From Balanoglossus misakiensis (taxonomy: Eukaryota > Animalia > Hemichordata): a DNA stretch of 64,000 nucleotides. Where the stretch lies: assembly GCA_040954595.2 (NCBI GenBank), contig CM082589.2, positions 5,887,186 to 5,951,185 of the forward strand. The letters run 5' to 3'. Each line of letters starts with the position of its first letter. Within the stretch, counting starts at the first letter, position 1. The notes beneath the pieces are model-generated. The model saw only the letters and a list, made by a program, of their open reading frames with translations. It had not been told where the DNA came from and searched no databases. Made by a program: the position numbers and the translations under genes. Of this stretch, positions 13,844 to 26,873 are shown piece by piece.

Positions 13844-15253
13844 ATGAAATCGGGTCTCTAGGCACACACAGTGCAGTAATTAAGTGTGATGACATTTAAA
13901 CAATAGTATTAGTAATTCACACAAATATTTCGTATCCTGAAGTGACAACTTCGCCTCAGGAATCATGACGTGTTGTGCCATTGAAAATCCTCATTGACTG
14001 ATGTTGTATATTACCACTTGTGATTCTTGTGGTATAGTAATTCATGCCATGGAAAATGAGAGCAATTTTACTGATAATCAGCTCGCCACTTATCTGAGGC
14101 GAATTATCCTATTCACGCCAAAAGACAGGGCCCTTCCCCTTTCCGTTTCAAGCTATTGTGGATTTGATTGTCAAGCAAATGTGACCATGAGATTCTCAGC
14201 CTGCAGCAAGAACGTATTTTCACTATAAGCACCAAAACCACTAGCTCAGTGATTACAAATTATTTCTTTAATTTATAAAATAATTTTTATAAAAATATGA
14301 TAAATAAACGAGTGGGATTTACAGAACCCGAGACGCATCTTTAAAAGAATTTCGTTTCTAAAATCAATCCCAGTTCGGGCAATGTCGTTGACATCGCTTA
14401 CAGAGCAATTACCCCTACTTCGACATGTCAAAAATATCGATTTCGACGAACGTTTCTGGTTCGTCGCTGAAATTTCACTTTTCGTGTGAAAAACAAAGAT
14501 CGATTTTGTTGTTTTCGCGAGGTCACTCCACGGGGCAACCGCAAGAATTGGCACTAGACAATTTAGCCGGCTAAATAATTGCGTTAAGGAAAGCACTCAA
14601 ACGTGTCACTATTTCGCTTAAAATAACGTATTGCTTTACAGTTTTTTAATAGTTTCCTCACAATGTGATATTTTCATCGCGATTTCTTGCTGTATAAATG
14701 TTATAAATGGCAACGGGAGGCCGCAAGACTCGATCAGGGAGGAAAATATTTTCACAAAGTAAAGAGTTGTATACTCAACAACGTTACGTCCGAAAGTAAT
14801 ATGATTCCGCGAACTCTCCGTTTCACACACATACCGCTGACAAAAACCTCAGACTGAAAGATAAACTAAAAGAACAATGGCCCCGAAGAGTTGAGCACGA
14901 ATCCGTAAATTTGACACGGAATTCTACCGATCACGACTGAGAGAGAGAGCTAGATAGGCGTGTTCAAATATATCAACAGCTCGCAGGAAGTGCGTCCGAA
15001 AGCACACACTTTGCTGACGCTGGGATGTACATTTCATGTACATTTCATAACCAACTTATTTACTGAGGCCCTACGCCAACGGGAGGGGTGTTTCGGATTA
15101 TTTTTTTTCTCTCTCTCTCTCTACTTGATCCCGTGGCACCCACACGTAGATCGAGTCGTGTTGATGACGGAAAAATCACCAAGTTTCGATGTCGATTTCC
15201 CAACTCGCGTTACATACAACATGGCAGGCGGGGATCCGCTTTCCTTTCCTTAC

Positions 15254-15355
15254 CTTCGCGCGGTCGTTGATAGAGACGCCCAGCTCCAGAAGTCGTTCGG
15301 CGACCACCAGTTTGTTTTCCCTGACGGCAATCATCAGCGGTGTCATGCCGGTCTC
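15254..15355 (-). CDS. TRPN1: TRPN/NOMPC ankyrin-repeat exon (34 aa); gene continues beyond position 1
   Basis: tttctag|GAG...AAG|gtaag, phase 0-0. ETGMTPLMIAVRENKLVVAERLLELGVSINDRAK aligns with NOMPC 'TGMTPLMYATKDNKTAIMDRMIELGADVGARNN'. No further ankyrin exon was seen in 1-15253. Confidence 0.88.
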
Positions 15356-15525
15356 CTAGAAATCAAAGAGACGCAAACAATCACCAAGGCGATCGACCTT
15401 TGTGAGACCATTAAAAGAGACCCCACAAAGAAACTCAATGAATAGGAGAAACTTTGGTGCGTGTGACCCACCGAACGTGGGAAAATTCTCTGAGACCATC
15501 TTTCGATTTCGGCGGGCACACTTAC

Positions 15526-15693
15526 TTCGTCCGGTGTGGAGAGCTCCGGATCGCCGCGATCCAACGATCGGATGGTCTGTTCGACAGTCGCCCATTCTCC
15601 CCTCTGACAAAATCCAAGCAGACGTGTCGTGGCACCCGAAGCCCCGGAGCTGACGCTCTGGTTATCCGACGTCGACATGCCGCTGGCCCCGTC
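15526..15693 (-). CDS. TRPN1: TRPN/NOMPC exon (pre-ankyrin region / start of ankyrin array)
   Basis: Acceptor ctctctcaacag| and donor GAA|gtaagt. Translates DGASGMSTSDNQ...TRLLGFCQRGEWATVEQTIRSLDRGDPELSTPDE, resembling Drosophila NOMPC 'KVLGLAMKSEWTPIEAELKKLEK'. Internal ATG at 15678. Confidence 0.85.
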
Positions 15694-18600
15694 CTGTTGA
15701 GAGAGTGAGAGGCGAAACCAGGCAACAAGGCGTCAGACTCAAAAAAAAAAATCACGACCACTAGAAAAGCGATGTTTCCCGCCACAGAAACGCTGTCACG
15801 CCGATCTGGTTGTCTCAATATCTCCTAAGGGTGTGGTACTCCCAATAAATCGACAGTATAATCCCCGGAATCCATGATGAAACGCCAAAATTGGGATGTA
15901 TGATACCGTGCCGTTCACAAGGGGTCATTCGTCCTGTTACTTGGTCTGCATGTTGTATGTTGTGAGTGACTGAGTGTTTATTTAGCGATTGGCTAATTTC
16001 AAAGCACTTTTCTGATTGGAGGAAACCGGCCCCCTACCGTCACCCAGTCTTTCCTTGCACGCAGTCAACCCGAAAATGTAACCTTGGGGGCACCCGGGGA
16101 ACAAGGAAAAGAATTAAAACCCTGTTGATATGGAAATAAGAGGAAACCCGCGATGAATTCTTAGCAGATGGAGTTTTGCAAACCGTTGTCGACGAGCGTG
16201 TCTAGTTACGGGTGATGACTGAGTTTGCAAGCAAAGATGAAAACCCGCCATACTATTAAGCGCCGCGCGTGTTGTGTGGTTTCCTTGGCGACCGATATTG
16301 ATCGCGCATTGCATCAATAATTAAACTGGTCAAACAAATCCAAAACGAAGTAAATGGTTTATTTCCACAACATTTTTAATTCAATACGTTCATTATTGAC
16401 TTCTTCATCATTAAACATTGGTGCTAGCACTGGCGGCTGAAAACGTAGCTCGGGGAACTGGGGGCGCGTGGTAAAGACCTTGATGCATGGAACCATTTGA
16501 TTTAAACGTAATTGCTAAGAGTTTTGCATATTTAGCAGAGATTGTCTGTCTGTTAAAGAATGTTATGCCTTAAGGCTGCAAACCAGACCTGTACGTGTCC
16601 AAACCAACTTTCTCCTACCAGCTACTAGCTATGCCCTATAGGCCTATAGCATCTTAGAGTCTAATAGCATGTGCGACTATATGTTGCCATCTCAATGTAA
16701 GTCATTAGTATCCAACGTGAAACAATGTACAAGGACAGTAAAAAATATGAAACACTGCATGGCTCACATCTCGTAACTATGCGTTCACACTTGACATACA
16801 ATCTTACATTTCCTTTTTACGTGTTCCCCAACAGATCCGCGTGCATCGACCCTATAGCCCTACTGCTGTTTGGTGGCAGAAACTTATCCAGGGACCAAGG
16901 TGAGTGCTTGGAACAAAAAACATATTATAATAAAATAAAAAATGCCAATTATTTTGCTTACTCGCTGTTAACAAGTGTCGCTGATTTGTGTTAATGTGAA
17001 ATTTTAACGTTTTCTTTTTTGGATGTCATCGATTAGTAAAGCAGACTCGAAATCTACCCCTGTGCAAGAGCACACCCCCCCCCTCTGTCCCCTCCTCCCC
17101 ACCCCCTTCCATTATTTGGGTCTTTGGTATTATGCCGCCTGTGCTATGCGCCTCTAATCCTCGGTTGTTTTAAGGGGATGTGAAAACAGCGTTTTATACA
17201 GAAATATATTTCTACCTAGACCATAAAATCGCCGTAATGCTTTATTCTCCGATCAGACTTGCTGGAAGACCACTCAACTGAAAAGACTGACAGAAATTTC
17301 CCATTCGTTTTTGAGCACGTTTCTCTTGCACATGATATCATTCGATTTTACTCTCTGCTAACTTCAAATTACACAAGTCTTTTCATCAATATAAGCTGTG
17401 TCAGTGATAGTATGTCCAACTCCTATACTAAGCTAACGATGTAGCAGGCATGGGGCATATCGCCCTCATCGCTGCACACCAGGAATAAAGGCCTGGCAGT
17501 TTCGTAAAACTAAGCCTACTGCAGTATTAATAACGGAATAATTATAATATAACGGATCATCGAATTCACTTTGTATTTTTAACTTTGTATGTGTATATGT
17601 TCACTAAACATATCTCTTACGAATACACAACTCTTGGTATCAACTTCTCCATCGTCATTTTCAAGATATACAAGATAGAGAGAAAGGATTTGATAAATAG
17701 CCGGGTGGATAACTGCTTAAAAGTCAGCAAAGACTTCCGTAACGATCACACGTGGTGTCACTTGCTTGAAATAAAAACCTCTCAATTTGACCGGCTTTGC
17801 ACGGATCACCGCGTCATCACAGCCAGCGCAATAGTCACAAGGAACATTGCAGTCAAAACGCGTGATTTTTAGCGGTATGCCACGGGCTATCAAACGCAAG
17901 AGTGTTTGGGATCGATTTGCAATAAAGCTGAGCACAGCGACTGGCGTTTACCCTAACAAACAAGACTCCATTCATCAAAATCGTTCCAAAGCGCGTTCGC
18001 GTATTGATCGCCCGCAAGCCCGTCGCCTCCCTGATCAATCACCTCGGCGCGGAGTAATTGAGTTTAATTACCACTATGCGCTCCCCCGGGCGAGATTGTG
18101 ATTAAAAACCAGGGAATTCAAATTGAACTCGCCCGCCACAATGCATGCCGTAACGATTACAATGTATGGGTGACTATTCCAAGAGTGTCATTGATGATTC
18201 CTATAATGCACTAGACATTGAAATTGTTCAACCAATCAACACCCGCAGTATGATACGAACGACTGTCGCTGTTATAAAATTGATGAATGCGCACGACTTT
18301 CGCTGGAAGTTGTTCCCATGGAGACAATGGAGTTGGTTAATACGCAGCGTGATCAACTGATTGATTATTTTTCTGATCGATCAACATATCAAACGCCAAT
18401 ATGGTATCATTCTCTGGGTATCGTACTGTCTCTGCTTACGATATACATCCATATGCATCAATAGGGCGCCCCCATTAGTCGAATGTAACATGTACATGTA
18501 TATCGGTTGGTGACCGGCAAAGCCAGTGTTATAATACGCAGTGTAATCGATATGTATAAAATTCATTCACGAAGACATAGTTTGCCAAATATTTTAGGGT

Positions 18601-21600
18601 GTTTTTCTCAGTCTTCACTAATATACCTGAGGGTTGCCAAAAGATTAGGCACCGTTTGCAATCAGATCATTCATCAAACATCGCACCACTTTCGTTAGTA
18701 CAGCTAAGCTAACCATAATCAATAAAATGTCATATATAACTTTAAATCAAAACTGACAAGCTATCCCGATAATATCATGTCTATATACCTTATTCAGCAA
18801 CACGCTTTCATTATCAGAACACTGCTCACATCCAAATTTGCATGCGTGGCAGTTTCCGTCGATATATTTTGACTGGTTTTGCAGAGAACGCAGTCACGTG
18901 GCGTGGAGTGGGCAGATCCCTATAGTCTAAGCTTATATTAGTATCGTGTTAACAAAATATTTATGATACACATTTCATGTTCACCAAGTTCACCAATGAG
19001 TGTATTTGTCACGAAACTGCAGTTTCAAGGTTTCAACGTGTCGTGTTAACAAAGGTACATCATTGGTAACGATATTCATATCAAAAATCTCTCTGGTTTC
19101 ACCAACTAAAAGTTTGTGATATGTTTGCCATATAGTGTTAATTTAGAATGTCGGAAGAGATATAACCTATCGATGACATGTTCAAATACGATGATCGAGC
19201 GAAACATGTGTACTACACGATCGAAATATTGATGGTTTTTATTAGTAAACTATTTTAACATGGCTATCAGATTACGACGGTCCCTCCCTCAAGGGTTAGA
19301 CGAAATAAATGACAAAACGGCAATAAGTCACGTAACTTTTTGATATGATAAAATTCAAATAAAACGAAAGTGGTTGGGGTTTAAGAGACGATATTTTCCA
19401 ATTCCGAGTTACACGATATATGTTTGCTGAGATATATATTTATTTTACATGCTGTGGTCTGTTGTTACCGATTTACTTTAGAACACCCGCATTCTTAAAT
19501 ATGCAAATATCACTAAAGATTTACCGGAAGTGGGTGATGAGGTCAGGTTCGCCTCACAAACAAACAAATCAATGCGCATCACATCGGCAGCTACATGTAT
19601 TTAATCTTGCTCATTTTTGACCCTGATATACAAAGGTATCTACCGTTCTACGCATTATCACGGCGTGTTGTCTGTATATCAATGCGTGAAACATGAACGC
19701 CAGTGCAAACATCTTTGAGCGGAAAGTCGTTTGTGCCAAAGAAAAAATCGAAGCCATTATTGTCAATTCCGGCATCTCACTGTGCAGCGTTGAGTTCCTT
19801 CGCCGCTTGTATGAATATCAATAAGGAAAGATTGAACGCCCATTTAACGTTTTGCATTAAGCATAATAGCGTCTTTAAGAATTCGTAAGTTTAAGCCCTC
19901 TCTCGTGACCTACAAAATATGAACCACTCCTCCCACGTTTTGCTTAAAACCCTTGCCCGCTTAAAATCACACAGTCCCTTATGTCACGTGTAAGACATCT
20001 ATAACTCTATCAAGAATAAAATGGGCTTAATCTTCAGCAAGACCGACATTACTGGAAAAAAAACTGATTTACGTCAGACAATCAGAAACTAAGATGTGCG
20101 ATTTTACAGTGATAAAAGTCTAATTCCGCACCGAAGCGAGGAAAGACAGAGTTTGCAATTCGTCGGGTTGGAGATTCTCTAGATAGGTTACATCATTCGG
20201 TTTCAATTGAGCAGTCGATTAAAACGATTCCATTTGCTGTTGGGCTTACTCCGTCGATCAATTACCCGGCACTCTGTGCAGCGACGATATCGTCAAGCAT
20301 CTGCTCTGCAGTCTCCGGGGAAATTTAGCGCCAAATTGAACATGGTCGCAAATAAAGTGCGCGCGATCGTGCCTTCTTTTCCCAATCACTGGCGATCTTT
20401 GTCCCTGGAATTTTTGCAAAAATGAGATTTGCTTTCCCCACGTGTGCCTTATTTCTACCTTGCTTGTGTCTACGCATTTCTTGTTTTCACTTCAATATTT
20501 GCAAAATTTGATTAGAGGCCCTATTAGTATAGATTATATCACGGTCACTTATTAATGAAAACGTTTGCATGGTGACCCCTATTCTGCTTTCTTATTTAAC
20601 TATATACGTCTTCTGTTAACATTTTCAGGAACATAGCGGTACTATATTTGGTTTCTTGTGCATCGTGTTCGTTTGCTGTCCATGCGCCATCGTCCGGTCT
20701 GCATTAATACAAAGCAACAGGTGAGTTGATCCGTGAAAACATTTCCGTGCTTTTAATCTGTCTCTACCCGATCCCTCTGAGGCGGAACAAGAACGCAGCG
20801 TTGCTGGTACACCAAGTGCACGGTTACCATCACGCGTTCCCATGACAACGCTAGTCAAGCACACCGAAACATAGTGTGCCATTTTGCGAGAAAGAGCACT
20901 TTATCAATTTTTTTTTATTAAAATAGAAATTCGCCTCCTGCAGGTCACCGTGAATTCATTAATCCGCGACAGTGTCCCCCTCCCCCTCCCCCGGCCGGAG
21001 GAGCATGACTTGTTGTTTCGGTTTTCTTGTCGGCGCTTTTACAGACTGAGGTCACGTGAGAGACTTTTCTATCGGCAACAATATGACCTTCGGACAATTA
21101 CGTTTTTACTTAGAGCCCCAATAGCTGCCATTTTGGATTCTAATACCCAAGTGTGCAGATACCATAATGGTTGTCTACTTTTGCAACGGTTCAACATTAA
21201 ATTTGTCAACACTAGGCACACATTACATAACACAACATATTTCCAGACCGTGTGATGTATATAGTATTAAACACTGCAAATATGACCACAGGCTATACAC
21301 TTTGCTGCACAGCAAATTGCCTGCCCAATAATTAATCTGTCATTTCATACACCGCAGTTGTTAAGATCAGAGCCTGTTTTAAATTCGTGTAGGTTTGACA
21401 CGTAGCCTATTAATGTTCCACCCCGGGTCTGTTGTGTGGACATTACTCAAAAGCGAGATATAGTTCAATGATTTCTATATTTAGTCAAGCATGGCTTATT
21501 TTCTCGTACTCTCCATCAATCAAAATATTTTCCTTTACTTTTTCGGTGTAGACACCGCTAAGCTCAGTGTCGAAACGCGCGGCAAACGTAAAAATGGTTT

Positions 21601-24600
21601 TCTTTTCACGAGATTCTAGGCTTTATCTGTAATCTCATAATGAGAAACTTAATGTAGAAATTACAAAATGTGAGCAAACACGATTTTGTCGTCTTTACCA
21701 ATGAACCATATGGATGTTCTGTGTGCCGTATTTGGATTTTTAATTATAATGTTATATATTTCGCGTGATTTATTCGCGGGGTCCATTTTTCTCGGTGGTG
21801 TTCTGTGATGGATGGTTTGCCCGGGCGGACGGATAATTAATCGCGGAGTGTAGTGTCACCGGTGAAATTATCAAACAAAAATAGTTCTCAAATGACCCGA
21901 GACGCAATACAGAAAATGAACGATGCTTGAAAAATATACTGCAGCGCAAGTATACAGCGGACTGAGCAAAAGATTGCAGAGCGAGACGCGCGCGTGCCAC
22001 CGTCAAGATGGCCACATCAACTGGTCGTTCGCAATCATACACGCACTCGTCGCCTTGGCTACCCTCTCTTGCGGGTGACGTCATCACGGTTTGATTTAGG
22101 GAAATAATGGAAACTTTACAGCTCGTTCTGTGGTTCTTCCACCAGTAAACTGGCAAAGGGACCGCGCAATCTTATACACCATTTCCCACAAATTGCGAAT
22201 GGAATTTACAGCACCCGGGCCCAATACCCCTTTAATGGTTTAATAGGGTCGATAAATGAGAAAATTTGATTTATTCGATGATCTAGCATCCACTCGCTCC
22301 CCGGGCAACTTTTGTTGATAGGGTTTCATTTCAAGAATGTAAGAGTGAACGGGAAGTGACCACAAATCATAGATTTGACACAAGACCAATAAATATTTCA
22401 TTACCTTATCGTAAAATTAATCGTGTCAGAACCCTATGAGAGAGACAGAGAGGGGGTGTTTTTTGCTGGCTCTAACAGGTTGCAATAAAATTGTTTTAAT
22501 GTATGAAGATCATCTTCCATTGAACGGCATTGTGTGAAGTACGCCAACGACACGTTCAAAGTTATAACAATATGCGAAATGTGTTTTCTGCTTTATTTTC
22601 AAAAAGGATCCTTAAAAACGTTAATATAGCAAGGTTTGAAGGACTATAATTTTGTCGAAAATCTGTCCCAAAAGCGCATTCTATCTAAAGACACATTGTC
22701 TCTTGTGACTATGACTCAAATAGAGTGAGAGACATTCCAGCTTCGTTCGCGACTCGTATTTCTTTGGTAATTTCTCCGGGGTACCGTGTGGCGCGCCTGA
22801 CATGATATGCCGCTATCGGATCCTGGTCTTTTTTGTGCTTTCGCGTTGATTTGTTTGATTTCTGTGGCCTCCGTGATTACTTAGCTCGCACGTAATTGAC
22901 CGTGGACTGCTGTTAATTGAAAGTCAATATTTGGTCTCGTCCATGTGCCTGACAGGCTTGGCAATGCGCGATTCAGCGTGACACGCATTAGCAGAATAAC
23001 CTACAAAAATTAACAATACCCCTGTATAACGTGTTTTATTATGTGAACTAGTTAAATAGCTTAATTATTTAATTATGTTATTAGAACACTGAAAACGTTA
23101 CCGAATACAAGGGATTTGTCAGTTCATATGTTATAAACAGCACTTCAAAATATAATCTGTTCGATGAGAACACGTAGTCGACCAAAACATCCATCTCTCG
23201 AGTAGGCCTACATCCGGGCATTCACTCTCCCACTAGCTTAGACCGTCATCTGAACAGTGGCTGGAACTTTTGAAATATTTTCAGCAAACTTTTGCACCGT
23301 GTGTCAACCATTACGTCCCAAAGCCATGGTGACATGCGCAGTTATTGACTCGGAGGGGGGGGGGGGGTTAGGTTAGGTTAGGTTACCAACAACCAACCAT
23401 TTTGCTGACGAGCCAACCAATCCGCAAACCTCTCCATCTGCCCATTATCTGGGACACCGAGAATTGTCATTGCTTCATTAGAAATGAAAAAAGGCTAAAG
23501 ATAAAATAACACTAGAAAGTACGAAATCAAAACTGTGTCGTCGAGACCTCTCATTTGTATCATTATGTTTCAACCCACCAGACGGCTGATAACAGAGAAT
23601 GAATAATATGCACACTCATGGGAAATCCATCACGATATTCAAACCGTTGTCTTCGTTATTTATGACCGAGCTACACCTTGTCCGTGTTCCCCGAGGGACA
23701 TGATACTCACTAAACGACGCGACTTGGCGTTGATTTATACTTCACAAATCGTTTCGCATCAAAACACTGTGCCTCTGAACACTAATATATAAAACTGTGG
23801 ATTAAGAAATAATGACGGTTGTAATTCAAGCTATCAGATGCGTTGACAAGCTACGTTGCTTTGATCAACGGCGAGCTGTTGAAACAAGTAAAAGAAAACT
23901 AATTTATCGAAATCACTTTCAAACTGCCACCATTTAATTTAACACGCTCCATTATGCCGAGTGGAAATATCTCTGTTGCTAAGATATCAAGTTCAAAGAT
24001 GGCCGCCGCAAAATCATGTATTTCAGACGACAAGCAACTATAAAAGCTGGCAATGGAAAGAAAGAGCAAATAAAATTCCGCCCCTGAGACCTCAAATACA
24101 AGGAACTTGCCAGTGTGCAGTTTCCCTTACATGGTTAGAAAATTCAATTGAAACCATATTGAAAAGAGACAACATTTCGTAATGTTGAATTCAAACGAAT
24201 TAGTGCTGATTTTGTACAGGGGGATTCCAAATCAGATTCCATTATTTGGCGAAAACAGCGAAACTCACTCTGATGCAGCGGCCGTTACGCAAACTAGAAT
24301 ATCAAATGTAAAGACTAATCGAAAGGCCATTTAAGCTGAAGAGCATGTAATCAGTTTGGTGGTAAGTGCTCGCAAACATTGCTCCTATAACCGACTGTCG
24401 CTTCTCCGGTTTTTATAAGATGCCTTTGACGTCAACCATATAATTAGATTAGCGTGGCTTAGATTGAAACAATTGGCAAATAACGAGCGCGCTCTGTGGT
24501 CTAGGGATGGAGAGTTTTGAACAGTTGTTGAAGGAAGCTTGCTTTTTTCATACGTTCGTGTTCTTCGGTAGCGCGTGTTGACTAGAGCTGGGGAGTAAAT

Positions 24601-26813
24601 TTGCAGACGACAAAATCTGTGCTGAAAAGGGGGGTCACGTGATAACTTTCCTTTGGTGAGTTCACGTGACACCCTTGTTGAAACCCGATGACGTAACACG
24701 GTAACCGATAAATGACGTTTTGAGTTATAGGCCTATAAGGTTTTTGAAATTGCCGACCTATGAAGCTTTTACTGTTTGTAAAAAGTTTGCCCTTCTGCGA
24801 TGTCAGTTAAATTGACTTTAATAAGGCCATTATTCAATAATACAGAAACGTGCATATCACTTGTTTAATGTCTCGTCCTATGTGCATAAAAGCACGAACT
24901 TTTTTTAACTTTCCTTTGAGATAGGAACAAAAGTGATTTATTTGGAAAACTAATCAAGTAATAGCACTTTTCCCGCCTGAGAGGTCGCCCGGAGAAACGA
25001 CCACGTTCTGTTATTCTGAAGAATACATTTCTTTCTGGAGTAATTACGGTTGTATTGGTGCGTAAACAATGCTCTTCAGTGGAGGAAATATTGTTATAAA
25101 GCGACGAAGTCGTCCACTCAAGCATTATAGGTTAACAGTTAACACGCCTGCATTTTAAATTACATAATTTGGTATTACGTTGTGGAATGACTGAATGAAT
25201 AATTTGGAACCTATCCTGTTTGACAATTTGAATCTGTATAGAGACTGCGTGTTTAGTAAAACGCGCACGTATTGGTATAATCATGAAATTTCTGTCAACC
25301 AATTTAGCTCTGGATTTTAAATCGGGAAAAGTATTTTAGTTTATCATTGTTTGGATAAAATGACTGTGCTCTTTTAAGAGTCCAGTGGCTGTAACTTTTA
25401 AATATTTTCAGTATTTTAGTTCTGAATATGAACAGTTTTGGTTATACCCCGTGCAGCACCGACGGAAATTTTCACTAAGTCGAGTGTACTTTCAAATCTT
25501 CCATTTCTAATTTTTCCCAGCCATTACCTAGAAGAGTAAACATAATTAAGATTTCAAAGTAAATCTTCTTGGTATACTTATTAGATGACCTTTCCACTCG
25601 TAACGGTTTAAACTCATACGCAAATACGCCAATGGGCAACTCAGTTCCAACATATCAAATCAATAATTGACATAAAGCTGCCATATTAAACCGATATTGT
25701 CGTGACACGTGACGCACATCAATTCTGATCAGCTCTGTACAAATAAGTAATAATCCAGGGCGATTTCTGCTAGACCTTGAAAATATGTGGAGTCACCCTG
25801 TAACTCAGATTAATGGCACTTTTGCAGCAACCTACTTTCTCTAATAACTGTATTTGTCAATCAAAAAATAAATAACGCGAGCTTTACAGCTGCCCGCAAT
25901 CTGATTAAAATCATATGTAGAGTTAGGCGCCGTCTTTACATTTTGCTGATTCTTTGCTGTTCTGATCGGAAGGGGTGGTGCGTACGCTCGAAAACAGACA
26001 AGACAGAGAAAAGAACAGCCAAAGCCGAGACAGCCAAATTTATCGCCAGCAGCCAACTCTACGTCTGCTTTTAATCATATTGAACTGCCCGTTATCACAA
26101 GATTTGTCTGGGTTTAGCGACAGCAAAGCGACGTCCACTTCGTCATATTCTCCGTTCGATCCGTAATCCGCATTTCGAGCTATAACACTTAGCCGTTTTG
26201 GGGGGAATAGCAGCCAGTGACTTCGTATCGGCCTCATGTCAGTTGTCACACAAGCAGTGATGTATACCCGACATCACTGTACAGTTTTCTTCATCAGATT
26301 TCCGTGTATATAAAGATCGTGGCAGCTTTTGCAAGTCTATACGACCATTCCATTAAGGCTTTCTAGCGCAGAAGTAATATGTATTTTTAAAATTTCCACT
26401 TTAGTTCATTTCAAAGAAAGGCAAATGCAAACACGTAGCAATTTTCTTTCTTGCTCTAAAAACAAACATTATATCCGAATTGGAATTTTCTCTTTCGATA
26501 TAATGCTTTTTAAATTACGAGTTAAAATGATCTAGTATTATAATGGATGACTTTTAATCTGTGCTTGTCACTTCCTACATCGATTCTAGCTGTCCCAATG
26601 TTAGCCTGGATTGTAGCTTGTTTGATGGCCTAGGGCCATTTCACAGATTAGTTTGCTCACTGCGAGACCTCTGTTTCAGCTACCATCATTCCCAACACGC
26701 TTGGCGAATTTTAACTGTGCGGTTTGCTCGAAGCTTTCAACTCGCATCTTTTTCCTAACGATATCAAACTCAGACAAAACAAAACGTGCCTACTTTATCG
26801 TCAACAATTGTGT

Positions 26814-26873
<60 letters not shown>
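26814..26873. repeat. (ATC)20 microsatellite
   Basis: Perfect 60-bp trinucleotide run. Confidence 0.97.

Noticed and set aside
1-15253. Further TRPN ankyrin exons
   Set aside because: Candidate donor/acceptor pairs inspected by eye gave no ankyrin-like peptide; a very short exon could have been missed.
14960-15445. 161-aa + strand ORF and other ORFs overlapping 15.1-15.8 kb and 44.3-44.8 kb
   Set aside because: Antisense or alternative-frame shadows of the GC-rich TRPN exons.
23355-23385. (TTAGG)n runs here and at about 27000 as telomeric repeats
   Set aside because: Only 2-4 units, intronic; simple-repeat noise.
25378-25530. TTAA-flanked Kolobok-like left end (similar one at 3833)
   Set aside because: No matching right TIR was found, so boundaries cannot be supported.
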